Assembly (NCBI GenBank): GCA_028534125.1
Contig: CM052817.1
Location: 101,930,001 to 101,994,000 of the forward strand
DNA length: 64,000 bases
Direction of reading: 5' to 3'
Source of the DNA: Lama glama
Taxonomy: Eukaryota
A program made the translations under genes and the position numbers. This document shows, in pieces, positions 1 to 11,640 of the stretch. How positions within the stretch are numbered: the first letter of the stretch is position 1; each line of letters opens with the position of its first letter. The notes under the pieces are model-generated. The model was not told the origin of the DNA. It did no database searches and was given only the letters and a program-made list of their open reading frames with translations.

Positions 1-1450
1 AGACCCTGCGTCACCGCGTCACCGCGTCACACATCACTGCGTCCGTGGGAGGGGCTTGTTGATGCTGCAGAGACCGCTGTGGGTGGTCAGCCTTCACCGC
101 CCAGGGCAGCGGGTGCAGAAGGTGGGGCAGGGAGCAGGGGCACCGTCCACCGCTTCCCTTCTTCCCAGAGGGAGGGATGGGGCGGAGAAGTGGAGGGAAC
201 CGAGGTTGGCCGGCCTGCTGCCTCGCTGGCCTCCGTGGTCCCTGCCCTGCGGCCCGAGCTGTGGTTGATGGGCGGCAAGGGGAGGGCGGCAGACTTCCTG
301 GATCTCTGACTCTCCCTCCTAAATAATTACCCATCAAGGAGCTGGAAAAAAGAAAAGAAAAGAAAAGAAACGAAAAGAAAAGAAAAGAGAAAAGCAAAGC
401 AAAGCAAAGCAAAGCAAAGCAAAGCTGCCTGGCACCATCTTTCCTGGCCCTGCGTTCCAGAGCTCTGTCCTTCCCTCTCTCCTAGTCTCCTCTCCGCCTC
501 TCCCCTCAGCCCCGTGTGAGGACCAAGTGAAGCCGAGAACGCGTGGGCTGCGGAGGAGGAGCGGGGTCGGGTGTGTAACAGGAGGGGGTCTCCTGTGTGT
601 GCGCCAGACCCACCCAGAGCAGACCCCCTGGAGCTCCGTAGGTGCCTTTGGGTGGCTCTGTTCAGGGAGGGCCTCAGAAAGATGCGCTCCGAGTTGGGAC
701 TTCCCGAAGGTTCCTCAGTGTCCTGAGCCCTGGATTTTTCTGTCCTTCAGCCGCCTTCTGCTTCTGCTTTCCTCCTTGACAAACTGGATGTGGCCCATGA
801 AATCAAGCCCTCTCCTGCCACCACCCGTGCTTTTTTGCCTCGGTGTCCCTCAGACCCTCCAGCCTGGCCTTGATCGCGCGTGTGTGTTCCTTGTTTATAC
901 CCCGGCTGCAGCCGGCAGCTGTAGAAGGCCACTCGGCCCCACAGGTAGAAGGGAGCCACTCCACACAAGCGGCCTCGACCACAGCTGGGCATGTAGCGCC
1001 CCCAGAAGCCTTCTGCTTACTAGTATTTTACACTCCAGATAGAAGGATTTCCAGACCTTCACCCCTGTCCTTAAACATTTGCTACTTACTGCACCACCCG
1101 ACCTGCCCGACCCAGCCACACACACTCCTTCATGGAGTGGCGATCGATCGACCCCCCTCTGCAACATTTCAAAGAGCCAAATAGAATCATCGAATTAGGA
1201 AGTCCATTATTTTGAAGAATTTACCTAAAGACAAAGGGGAGAATGGAGCAAAGGAGAGTGCGGGCCCCTCCAAAGGGAAGGAAGCCAAGTGTCAAATCCC
1301 CAATGCCTCAGGCTTCCTTTCCACCCCACCTCCCTCACGTCTTGCCTGCGGGTCAAGGTCAGCTCAGACACCCGTCCCCCTCCGCGGGGCAGTGACAGCT
1401 TCCCGCGGGCACCTGCACAGGTCGCATCCCCGTTTTTCCTTAGATGCTCC
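1..1450. promoter_or_regulatory. GC/CpG-rich promoter-flank-like region, probably the edge of a CpG island continuing left of the window
   Basis: High GC with many CpGs, GC-box-like GGGGCGG near 179-185, triple GCGTCAC at 8-30, kB-like GGGACTTCCC at 696-705, no recognisable interspersed repeat. Confidence 0.55.
346..425 (+). repeat. Compound pentanucleotide microsatellite (AAAAG)n-(AAAGC)n
   Basis: Directly visible tandem units. Confidence 0.95.
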
Positions 1451-2919
1451 ATTTTAGACTCAAGATGTCTGTGGTTAGACTTCGTTTTCCACTGCGATTT
1501 GATTTATAGTTTTACTCTGGGCTGTGTTCCCTGGGGCATATTTAGATTCCTGCTCAGTGGCTAACTGGTTTTTCGGTTCTACCAACGTTTCTCCACTTTG
1601 GACCTAAGAGCCACAGAAATGTGCACGGAGAATCCAGGAGTCTGCATTTGACTCTTTGAACAGAAAGTCTTTAAATGTCCAGGGGCTTGGGGAGCAAAGG
1701 CCTCTTTCCACTGCTCAGGGGATGGCCAGTCGCGTAGTTAGGCTTTGTCGTGCATTGGTCAAAGGCCACCTTAACTTTCCAGAGAGGGGCAATCGGCCAG
1801 GCTAGCGATTGTGAGCTTGAGAGGGGCACATGCATTCACTTAGGCAAGGTGGGACCCTGCCAATTCGGACGCGCTGCCAGTTGGACGCGCTCCCTGAGGA
1901 GAGCCAGAGAGAGCGGAGGGCTGGCCTGGGGTTCTGGCCTGACTAGTGAGCAGTCGTTTTCAATGTATGGAGTGTCTAGTGAACACCAGCCAGAACAGCC
2001 CGGCCTCTCACAGTTCACTTCCCAGTTTTCTGCCAGGGAAGATAATTTTTTCCAAGGGATTTGTTTTTGGTATCTTTAATGTGCGTTTGTGTGTGTGTTT
2101 GCTCTTGGTGCTAAGCTTATGTGATCATCTACAGGAACTGGCAGAAGCCCCCTCTCCTTTTCTCACTTTGCCTGCTTGACCTTGTGACCTTGTGTTCTCG
2201 TGAAGCCTCTGCCACGTAATCCTGTCAGTCTCCTTCCTGTATGATCTCCCCTGGACAATCCCATGGGCATTTTTATCTCAACAGACTGGAATGTTTCTCT
2301 CCTTCCTGGGAAAAGCTGCTCTGGTCTTAGTGAACTCAGAAGTGGAGGAATTCATAAGATTTAGGGAGCCTGCCTCAAACTGCCTCCTGGTACATAACTT
2401 CTCACAAGGGCCGGAGAGGAGGTTAGAACAGCCCCTTGCTGTGTCCAGGGATGGAGAGAGGCAGGTTCCCTTTTCCTGCCAAAGCCATGCGGAGCCGGAC
2501 AGGACCACAAGCACCCCAGCTGTGGTAGAGTAGAAACAGTAATGCTGAAGGCCACCTCAGCACCTTCTGCCTGCCTGCGCTGGGTCACTCGTCCTAAGAA
2601 TCTGACAAAGCAGGATTAGCAGTCACATTTGACAGATAAGGTCACCGAGCCTGGGACGAGTCATTCACTTTTCCAAAACTACACATTGTAGTGGATGGCA
2701 GAGAGAAGGTAACATTAGTCTTATTTTATTTTGAGCTGAGTGGTATTGTAAGATTGTACCAGGTCACGAGGGAAACAGATATCTCTTGGGAATCCTAAAA
2801 TATCCAAGCCTTGCCAGTCAGTAAGGCTGATTTTATCCAAAGTAGAATTCTTGATCTGATCTGAGGTGGTGCCAGGAAGTTCCAGTACTACATAGGTAAT
2901 GTTTCAACATTACAGTCAT

Positions 2920-3650
2920 TTTTTCATTTAATTTATTGACTCATTCAATATAACAGCTAATCGAGCGTTGATTTCCTTCCCTTCCTGTGTTTATTCTTTC
3001 AATCAACATGCATTCAATTTTGCCTGAGGACAAGATACTGTGTGAGTTTAAAGAGGAATAAGACCTAAATGAGCTGGAGATGCTACCATAAGACAGTATA
3101 TAGTAAGTGCCGTAAGAATAACACAAATCAAAAAAGAATCAACTGAGGGCAGGAACTAAGGACAAACACCTGAGGAATTCAGGGGCCCACAGTGGGGAGG
3201 CAACAGGTAGGCTGAGCATTTGTGAAGAATGGTCAAGATCACAAGTGGAGCTGATGGTGGTATGCAGGGTACCAGGTGGACAGACAAGAGAGGGAGGTGT
3301 TCCCAGGAGAGGGAAAGCTGTGAGCAAAGCTGTGGAGGGTGGGAAACAGCCACCTTTGCTTGGGGAATTCAAATCACTCAGTCTGACTTAAATGAATGGG
3401 GCCTGTGAAGGAGTAATAGGAGATAAAGATTAACAAGGTATTTTGAGGCTTAATTTTAGACGGTCTTCAGTGGCAGGCCAAGGAGTGTGGTGTCTTACCT
3501 GGTAGGCAATAAGGAGTCTTTGAAAGTAATCAAGGCTTGAGCTAGAATGATAGTGGTGGAAACTGGCAGGGGAACAGGTACATGAGATGGTCTTGGCTAC
3601 TGAGTAGCTGGGAGATGTGAAGGAGAGGAAGACGTTAAAGATGGCTGAGG
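2920..3650 (-). mobile_element. L2 LINE 3' fragment(s), highly diverged
   Basis: TTCATT..ATTTATTGA / TTCAATCAAC start followed by the purine-rich body typical of antisense L2. Confidence 0.6.
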
Positions 3651-4129
3651 TGTCAGGTGTGAATAAGTGGGAGGAGGTGGCAGAGGAAGCAGCAGCCCAG
3701 GAGACAGAACTGGCTGGTGGAGGGGATCTGAGGTGTGCCTTTTAGACCTTCTGCCTGGAGAGAGCAGCTGGTCCTCCAGGCCTAGCAGATTCTTGCGGGC
3801 AGGGAGAGTGTCGACTGAGCATGCGAGGGTACTGGATGTGAGCATCACACCAGAAAGGAGTGTGGCCAAAGTTTGACTTCATTCAAAAAGCCTTTTACTC
3901 TTCGATGGGCCCTGTTCTGAGATTCAGGATGAACAAGGACAAGTCACTGTTTACACTTTTCCTTTTATAGGGCAATTCATTAGGCCAAATTCTTTGGCAG
4001 AACTAGCTTTCCTTCACCAATTACCATTCTCAGTGTGGAACAGTCCAGCGTCTGTTCCTCCTCGAACTAAAGGAAGGACTTCCAGAGCCTCAAGGAATTC
4101 TAGACTCTTTCCAGTTCATACCCCTGGCA

Positions 4130-4490
4130 CCTGCCTGTCCACCTACAGCTACTCAGCCCCTTCAGAAGAAGCTACTTTTCTGACTTCTGTCATCATTGAT
4201 TTATTGTTTGTCCCTGAACTTTAATATAAATGTAATCACACATTTGGCAGGGGGGCTTCTTTTGCTCAACATTGTGTTGTTGAAGAGTAGTAGCTTTGTT
4301 TTCTTATTCTTTAAAAAAAATGTCTAGGTACTCCATTGTACAAATACCCCACATTCTACTCATGACAGACATTTGGGCTGTTTTCGGGTCTTGGCTATTA
4401 AGAATAGATCTGCTATGAACATTTGCATCCATGCTATTTAATGCACAAATGCACTCATTTGTCTTTAGTGGCTACCGAGGAGTGACATTG
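4130..4490 (-). mobile_element. Old L1M 3' fragment
   Basis: TCCATTGTA...GACATTTGGGCTGTTTT...TTGGCTATTA..GCTATGAACATT, the antisense L1 ORF2-end/3'UTR signature. Confidence 0.7.
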
Positions 4491-5304
4491 TTTGATATTC
4501 ACTAACTACATACTAAGCAACTGTTTTATATCCGGCTCTGTGCTGGGTGCTTGATACTGAATGTGAGCAAAGCAAACATGGTCCCTGTTCCTACTAATCT
4601 TATGAACCAGTGGGAGAAGTTGACAAAAACAGTCACACTAAATGTGTGATTCTGAAAAAAAAAGGGAGCTGTAGGGTATACTTTGGGCTTTTCCAGCACA
4701 TAGAGGCCTGCATGTCATCTCCAAGGAGAACCCCTCAGGCCTGAGAGCCAGCACACTCCCTGGAGATGAGTGATTAATGCCTCACCGCTCAGGGCTGGAC
4801 TAGAGGTGAGTTTCCAGTGGGGCTTGGGTAGAGGGAAGTGAGGAGCTCAGCTTGGCTGCCTGAGGGCCCTGTTGCCCCGTCCTCGGGTGCATTCCTCAGC
4901 CTGGGGTGCATTTCTGGCCTTGATCTCAGGCTCTGGACGTAGTTGGGATAATTGAGATCTTATGTCCACTCCCCAAAGACTGGTTTTAGCACATATGCAG
5001 CCTGCATTTTAATATTATTCCTTCTGACTGGAAGCATTTGGAAATGGTCCTTGCCCCTGCTTTTAAAAGGTGGCATTATTTTATGAACATCTAGACATTG
5101 ATTAATAAAATTCCGAACCCATTAACTAATGGGGGAAATGCCAAACTTTTTGTGTATCCAAGAAAGTAAATGTAATAAAAACTATCCCAAAAGGTAAGTT
5201 AAATTATATATAGCCTTTGCTCTTTTTTTTTTTTTCCTCCTGATGGTCCCACCAGATGTTTTAAAATGCAGGACACAGTCCCCCTTTTCCCCTGTTTTCT
5301 CCAG

Positions 5305-5373
5305 GGAGAAAACTTGGCTCGGGTCTACTAACTTTCAGGAGGAGAAAAAAAAAAGAAGCTATAACAGCAGAAG
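5305..5373 (+). ncRNA. Candidate 69-nt internal exon of a spliced, probably non-coding, + strand transcript
   Basis: Acceptor CCCCTGTTTTCTCCAG|G (5304/5305) and donor AAG|GTATGT (5373/5374). Flanked by upstream donor AAG|GTAAGT (5193/5194) and downstream acceptor CCCACCCTTCCCAG|A (5481/5482). Confidence 0.4.
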
Positions 5374-5479
5374 GTATGTTGGGAATCTCCAAGCTGCTGG
5401 TTCATAAATATGAAGACAAGGGAACCAAACCGCTGGGTTCTTGTCTAGTTTTTCGTCCTTTTCCGCACCCACCCTTCCC

Positions 5480-6400
5480 AGATCACCGTCGGGAATTCTG
5501 ATTTCTACAGCAAAAGACTGAGTTTGTCAAGTTCCCTTGGACCTGGGAGGCTGAACGGTGGCCATCTTGCTCCTGCCTTGTTGAGTCTGGCGGGTGCATC
5601 TCCCACCTCCCATCTCCAATCATCTGCCGGGCGAGGTCCTGGGTTGCGGAGTCCGGGAGAGGCGCTGAGCCAGCGCAGGACGGCGCGTGCGCAGTGAAGT
5701 GTGGTACCTCTCCCCAAACGACCTGCGCGGGCTCTGGTTTAGTCTTGTAAACTGAGATCTTGATTTCTCCACAGGCCCTCAACGCCCATCCAAGTTTCCT
5801 GAGTCTGAAAGGAAATAAACGAGCTCAAAAGTGGAGGGGCAGGATGCGTCAAATCCTTCAGGGCACATCCTCTGCTCTTGCCACGATGAGCCATGGAAAT
5901 AAAATCAACGTTTGGAATCTGGCCGCAGCTTCTCCCACCTGGGCTCCGAGCCGGCTTCCGCAGAGCCGGGCCTCTCCTCTCCTTCCAGCCGCTTGCCTGT
6001 CTTCAACTGGAGGCTTGTTTGGAAAGAAATGCAGAAGAAGTCAGGGGTTCTCAGAGGATTTACCCGACCCTTAAAATTCTCCCTAAGAAGAGCATTCCCA
6101 AGAAGTGTGGCTTCCCATCCCGGACCAGAGCAGGACGCCAGGAGGCCAGAGGTGGGCCTGGGCGGCTCCTCTCTTCCCGCCGCAGACCTGACTCCTCCCG
6201 ATCGAGGCGCCTCCGCAGCCACAGAAGGGGAGCTGGGGGCCCTGCGGAGAACCACCCTGGCCCAGAGCAAAGACAGGCCGGATCCCTCCCAGTCGGTGGT
6301 GCGGGAACAGGCCCTACACAGCAGGAGCTGATGGACCAAATTTAATCCTCCGTGTTCGCCCCCCTACCCCGCCTTGGGGCAGTGTTTCTTATTCTGACAT
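5480..6400. promoter_or_regulatory. CpG-rich island-like block
   Basis: Elevated GC and CpG (e.g. GGCGCGTGCGC, CCTGCGCGGG), no recognisable repeats. Confidence 0.5.
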
Positions 6401-6829
6401 CCAAATTATTTGGAAAACTGAAATCTTTATAAACAATGGAGAAATAGCAAGAGCAGATGATGAACCTGGAGACAACTGGGAGGATGACTGGGCTGAGTAC
6501 AGTCAGCCAGATCAGTGCACCATTCCATTTCCGAGTAGAGAAGGAAGGTGTTATCAAGTATGTTAGAAATACAGCCCCCTGGCATTAGAACACACCCAGG
6601 ATTCTACCACCATGGAATCCTGGACAGGAGCAGGGTAACACGCAGAGGAGATAAAGACAAGGCGAAGAGGCTGGGGAGAGGCAGGGCAGTGAAGAAGGAA
6701 GAAAAAAGTCTAGACTCTGGTTGAGGCTCTGCTGCTGACTAACTCTGTGACCTCAGGAGAACCATTTAACCTCTCCTGCCTCGGGGAAAAATGAAGAGAC
6801 AATCTAGCATATTGCTTAAGCAAGGAGCC

Positions 6830-7040
6830 TCAGAGGCCACACTCTGGATTCATCTCAATTCTACCTTTTATTAGCTGTGTGACCTTGGACAAGTGACTTA
6901 ACCTCTCTGAATTTCACTTTCCCCATATAAGATGGGGATGATAGAGTTGTCGTGAGATTTAGACAAAATAACATACGTAAAATGCTTGGCAGTGGACTTG
7001 GCACATATTAAGTGTTCAGTATATTAGCTATTGTTATTTT
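6830..7040 (+). mobile_element. MIR SINE, with a second short MIR fragment at about 6710-6800
   Basis: MIR core TAGCTGTGTGACCTTGGACAAGTGACTTAACCTCTCTG and 3' end TGGCACATATTAAGTGTTCAGTATATTAGCTATT. Confidence 0.85.
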
Positions 7041-8722
7041 CTGTCTCCAGGGTCAGCTAATAGACTGCATGCAGGCAATATTTTTATCTCATGCATGATC
7101 AATTTATTTACTATGCATAATGATGTCATAAGAATACTAATCTGCCTTATTTGTTCTAAGGTTATTATGGGCATATGTGTTAGGGAAAAGGGAAATGAGC
7201 CAGATCATGATACCCTATTGTTGTTTCCTATACAAATAATGTATTGTAGATGTTGCAGTCTAACACTTATTATCTATTTGAAAATAGTTAATATCCTTCA
7301 TCCTCCTATTATTTTTTTTTAAGCTTTAGACATGTTCAGTGTTTATTTGCAGACTTGGGGATTATAAGATCTCAATGTGTTCACAGTTTGGAAAGCGGGG
7401 CATTTGCTCCTCTACTCCAATTGCATAGCCATTTTTATGCAGTTTTGAATACTCTAAAAGGGTATTAATCAAATAATAAAGAGTGGTGGGGCATTAGGGT
7501 GAAATCCACAATCCACAATTAATCGAATTGTAGCATTATCTTCCTATTTTTATTCCAGATTTTGGTCTTAGGACAGGCCAGGTTTTGCTACATTAGCCAC
7601 CCAGAAATCTCATTAGCTCAACCCAAACCAAGCTCACTTTTCGCACACACGGCATGTCTTCTGTAAGTCAGTGGGGCACACCACACATCTCCGTCCCTCA
7701 GAAGCCCACGCACATCTTGATGTGCTTCCATTGATTACAGCTGGGGGAAGGGAATGTGGAAGTTATGCATTGGTCCTTAAGCTTCCACTGAAGTAACACC
7801 AAAGCAGTCTTCTGAAGCTGAACCATTTTTTTTTTTAAGTTCTGAGTCTTCCTTTTCCAGATATGATTTTCCTTGTAATTTTACAGTTACCCTTTCCTTG
7901 ATTTGTCTTTTGGAAGAAAGTACAGTAAAAATAATAAGCTAATGGTGATTTTTTTCCATCATCAAACCAGACCCCTACTTACTCTCACAAGAAATTTTGG
8001 GGCCAGTGAGAGGGGGGTGTATTTTATTTTCTAAAAATTTCTCCCTCCTCATTCTTTCTCACCCTATAGTTTCCCTGAGTCCCTCATTTTCTGAAATCCT
8101 CAAGAAAAGAAAAATATCTGAAAGATACTCCTTCATTTTCAACTACTTTAAAAAAAAACTTGATTATAGTTGGCCTCTGGTCATCTGTTACACTCAACCC
8201 AAACTACCGATGTGTGGTAGCCAAGGCAAGTGAGATGCTTCTAGGGGCCTGCCCTTCTTTATGTCCACAGTCAGAACATCTGTGGCATTGATCACTGTGA
8301 TGGGAGAGATGGATGACAGCAAAGCAGATGGGCCAGTTAATCAGTAGACCCTTACTGAACACCCGTTACATGGTGGGCACTGGGCTAGTACCAAGTCACC
8401 CCAGGGACTCAGCTGGACTCAGATCCTTGCAAGGGAAGAAAGCAAGCATGAGCTTCCCCAGAGAGCAGTGTGATGCAACGTGACCCTATGACCTCTCCAC
8501 CCTTGTCTTCTGTTGCTCCCTAACATACGCTCTCTGCTCAGGCAGCCTGATCTCTTGGCAGGTCCTGAAGGTACCGCCACACTCACTGTTGTTCTCCATT
8601 CCTCAGTCGCTGCCCTTCTTCCACTAGGACTGAGCACCCCTTCCTTGCTGCCAACCCAAATCCCACCCATCCTTGAAAACCAGCTGAAGACCTACCTCTT
8701 TTCTCAGCTTCGAAGTCTCTCA

Positions 8723-8813
8723 AGGAATTTCCGGTCAAGTTGGCAGAGTAGTAGGACCATGAGCTCGCTTCTCACGACTACAACAAAACCACAACTGACT
8801 GCTGAACAACCAC
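8723..8813 (+). mobile_element. Isolated L1 5'-terminal fragment flanked by TSD-like direct repeats
   Basis: TTCCGGTCAAGTTGGCAGAGTAG...TGAGCTC...CAAAACCACAACT..TGCTGAACAACCA resembles the 5' end of laurasiatherian L1. Flanks are CGAAGTCTCTCA (8711-8722) and CGAAGGCTCTCA (8814-8825). Confidence 0.6.
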
Positions 8814-9007
8814 CGAAGGCTCTCACCGCTCATCCATCTCCTTATCTGTAGAAACCCTCTTGAACATGCCATCTTTGTTACCTGTTAAGACAACTACCTA
8901 CATATGCTTTATTACTGAACCATTTTGGAGGGTCATTTATATTTATATCAAATTTCTTTAAGGAAATGATCTTGTTTCCTCTTGAGTTAATGGATTAAAA
9001 GTATTAC

Positions 9008-9440
9008 ATAAAAAAATGAAATAATGCCATTTGCAGCAACATGAATGGACCTAGATATTATCATACTCAGTGAAGTAAGTCAGACAAAGACAAACATCAC
9101 AGGCTATCACTTATATGTGGAACCTAAAAAAATGATACAAATGAACTTATTTATAAAACAGAAACAGACTCACAGGCGTAAAAAACAATCTTATAGATAC
9201 CAAAGGGGAAAGCAGGGAAGGAATAAATTAGGAGTTTGGGATTAACATATACACACTACTGTGTATAAAATAGATGAACAACAAGGACCTACTGTACAGC
9301 ACAGGGAACTATACTCAGTATCTTGTAATAACCTACAATGGAAAAGAATCTGGAAAAGAATATATATGTGTAACTGAATCACTTTTGCTGTACACCTGAA
9401 ACTAACACAACATTGTAAATCAACTATAAGTCAATAAAAA
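9008..9440 (+). mobile_element. 5'-truncated L1 (ORF2 C-terminus and 3'UTR, L1MA9/artiodactyl-like)
   Basis: ATGCCATTTGCAGCAACATG..GGACCTAG, translation MDLDIIILSEVSQ, ends at AATAAAAA. Confidence 0.92.
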
Positions 9441-10939
9441 ATTTTTTTTTAAATGGTGAGCCCATTGGAGGTATTCAATGTGTAGGTGCTACACAATGTC
9501 TAGTTTTTCAATAATAGATACTTGATCAGTATACATTGAATAGAAGTAAACTTGACCTTGCTCTGTTTTTTTCAGGAAGGATGGCAAGAGAAATTATGGC
9601 TACCTTTATCCCTATGGCTTTGCTGCCGGCCTTCTAGCCTGGGCACATGAGAATTTTCCAGGTAGTTAAGGCAGTCACAGAGCCAGGCTGGAGGATGCTA
9701 ACCCCTACTGTGTCTAAACACTGACACCTGGGATGTCAGGCAACAGTGGTCCCTTCTTCAGGGACCGTGGTGCGCCTCAGGTCAGGGTTCACTTCTTTTT
9801 ACCACTAACATGTTGAGGGGATAAGCTGGATGAAAAAGATTGATTCAAACCAAGTTAACTGTCAAATTTATTTATGTGAGAGGAACTTGAGTTCTTCACT
9901 GAAACCTACCATAAAATGTGTGTGGTTTTCACAAGGAAAGAGGTCTTCAGTTGAATCAAACAACTGCAGAAACAAGTTGTTGAAGTGATGTCCATGGAGT
10001 GATGGCCACGGGTCTTGAATAATGAATGGCTTTGCAGCCTATTCTTAGTTCCTGGTTCTGAATGTTGCCCTCTCAACCTCCCATGCATGAGGATTTACTG
10101 GTACCCGGATCCCACAACTTAACTTTCTTCCTGTCTTTTTCTTTTGGATTATGAATGTCTACTGGAGTTAGGCTGCAATAACCTAATTTGTCACTGTCTA
10201 ACATGCAGTGTTAAATTTGAGCCTTTTGAGCAGAATAAATTAATGTCTTATTTTATTAATGGTGTAAGTTCAGAAGGGTGGGTTTATTTAAAGTGAGAAA
10301 TAGACTGCGGAGTTCTGGAAAAGGCTGAATGGAAACGACACTTGTCAAAAGAAGTTGCTGAATTTTCTGCCACTCTGCCCCGGGCCAAGCTTTCCCTGTA
10401 CGGGCATCGACCTGCAGGCAGTTTTCAACATCCTCAGCAAGAAAGCCTATCATATTTTCAACTCCATGATACACTTTCCCCTTCATTTCTGTAGTCCTTG
10501 TGGGCAGTGGACAAAACGGCCGTCTTTGTTCATTACTTGGCGTGTTCTACAATCTCTCCTTGTTCGACTCTTCCTTTGACTTTTCTGTCTAATGTATCTA
10601 AATCCCCCCTCACTCAGTTCATTCTACCCTCTTCCCCAACGAAGGCCTTAGGGAGGCTTCCAGTGGTTCTGCAAAGGAAGCCTGAGGGTTTTACCTTCTG
10701 TTCCAAAGGCTGCCCCTTTCCTCTTATTCTTACACAGTCCCCTGTGCTCCTAGTCAGATTTCCCCTGGGCCACACTAGTCTCATGGTGTTCCAGCCACTC
10801 TTCCTGATTCCCACACTTCCCCAAACCTCCCATTTCTCTATGAGGTCTTTCGCAACTGCTCAGGAGAAGAATGGTTCTTGCTCCTGGGAAGTCATCATCA
10901 AAGTGGTTCTTCTGCCACTCATTACTCATTACCTGATAA

Positions 10940-11640
10940 GAATAATGATAATTATAGTAAAAGGCACAGCAATAGTTAATACTTACATACCACTTATGTG
11001 CCTGTCACCAGCCAAAGCATTTTACATAAACCAACTCATTTATTTCTGGCCAAAATCCTTTGAGCTGGTGTGATGGTTTATTTTATGTGTCAATTTAGCA
11101 GGGCCAGGGGGCCCATATATGTGGCCAAACATCATTCTGAACGTTTTTGTGAGGGTATTTTTGGATGAGATAAGCACTGAAATTGGTGGACTTTGAGTAA
11201 AACAAATTGCCTTCTATAGTATGGGTGGGTCTTGTCCAATCAGTTGAAGGCCTGAATAGAACCAAAGTCTGAGCTCCCTCAAGCAAGAGGGAATTCTGCT
11301 AACAGACGATCTTTAGCTGTCACCTGCCACATCAGCTCTTCCTGGAGTCTCCAGCCTGCTGGCCCACCCTGCAGATTTTGGACCTGCCAGTCTCCGTGAC
11401 TGCATGGGTCAATGCCTTAGTATCTCTTCCTATAGACAGAAATAGGAAGTATACACATCTCATTAGTTCTGCTTCTCTGGTAACCCTGACTAATACTGGT
11501 AGGTATTTTTATGATTACCCCATTTCAAACATGTGAGCTGTGGGACCCAGAGAAGTTCGGTAACTCGTCCAACGTCATCAGTACAGTAAGTGGTACACTT
11601 GGGCCTCTGTCCAGTTCCCAGGTCTGTTCTCTTTGCTATG
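10940..11640 (-). mobile_element. MIR SINE split into two halves by the MLT2 LTR
   Basis: Antisense MIR sequence at 10940-11068 continues at 11497-11640 (GTAGGTATT...CCCCATTTC...CCCAGAGAAGTT..GTAACT). Confidence 0.7.
11069..11496 (+). mobile_element. MLT2-family (ERVL) solo LTR
   Basis: Starts TGTGATGGTTTATTTTATGTGTCAA and ends TTAGTTCTGCTTCTCTGGTAACCCTGACTAATAC, the typical MLT2 termini. Confidence 0.9.

Noticed and set aside
5893..6345. Three overlapping 139-150 aa ORFs, including a 100-aa ATG ORF at 6029-6331 (MQKKSGVLRG...)
   Set aside because: No recognisable domain. Overlapping ORFs on both strands are expected in GC-rich, stop-poor DNA. PhyloCSF or Ribo-seq would be needed to revive the call.
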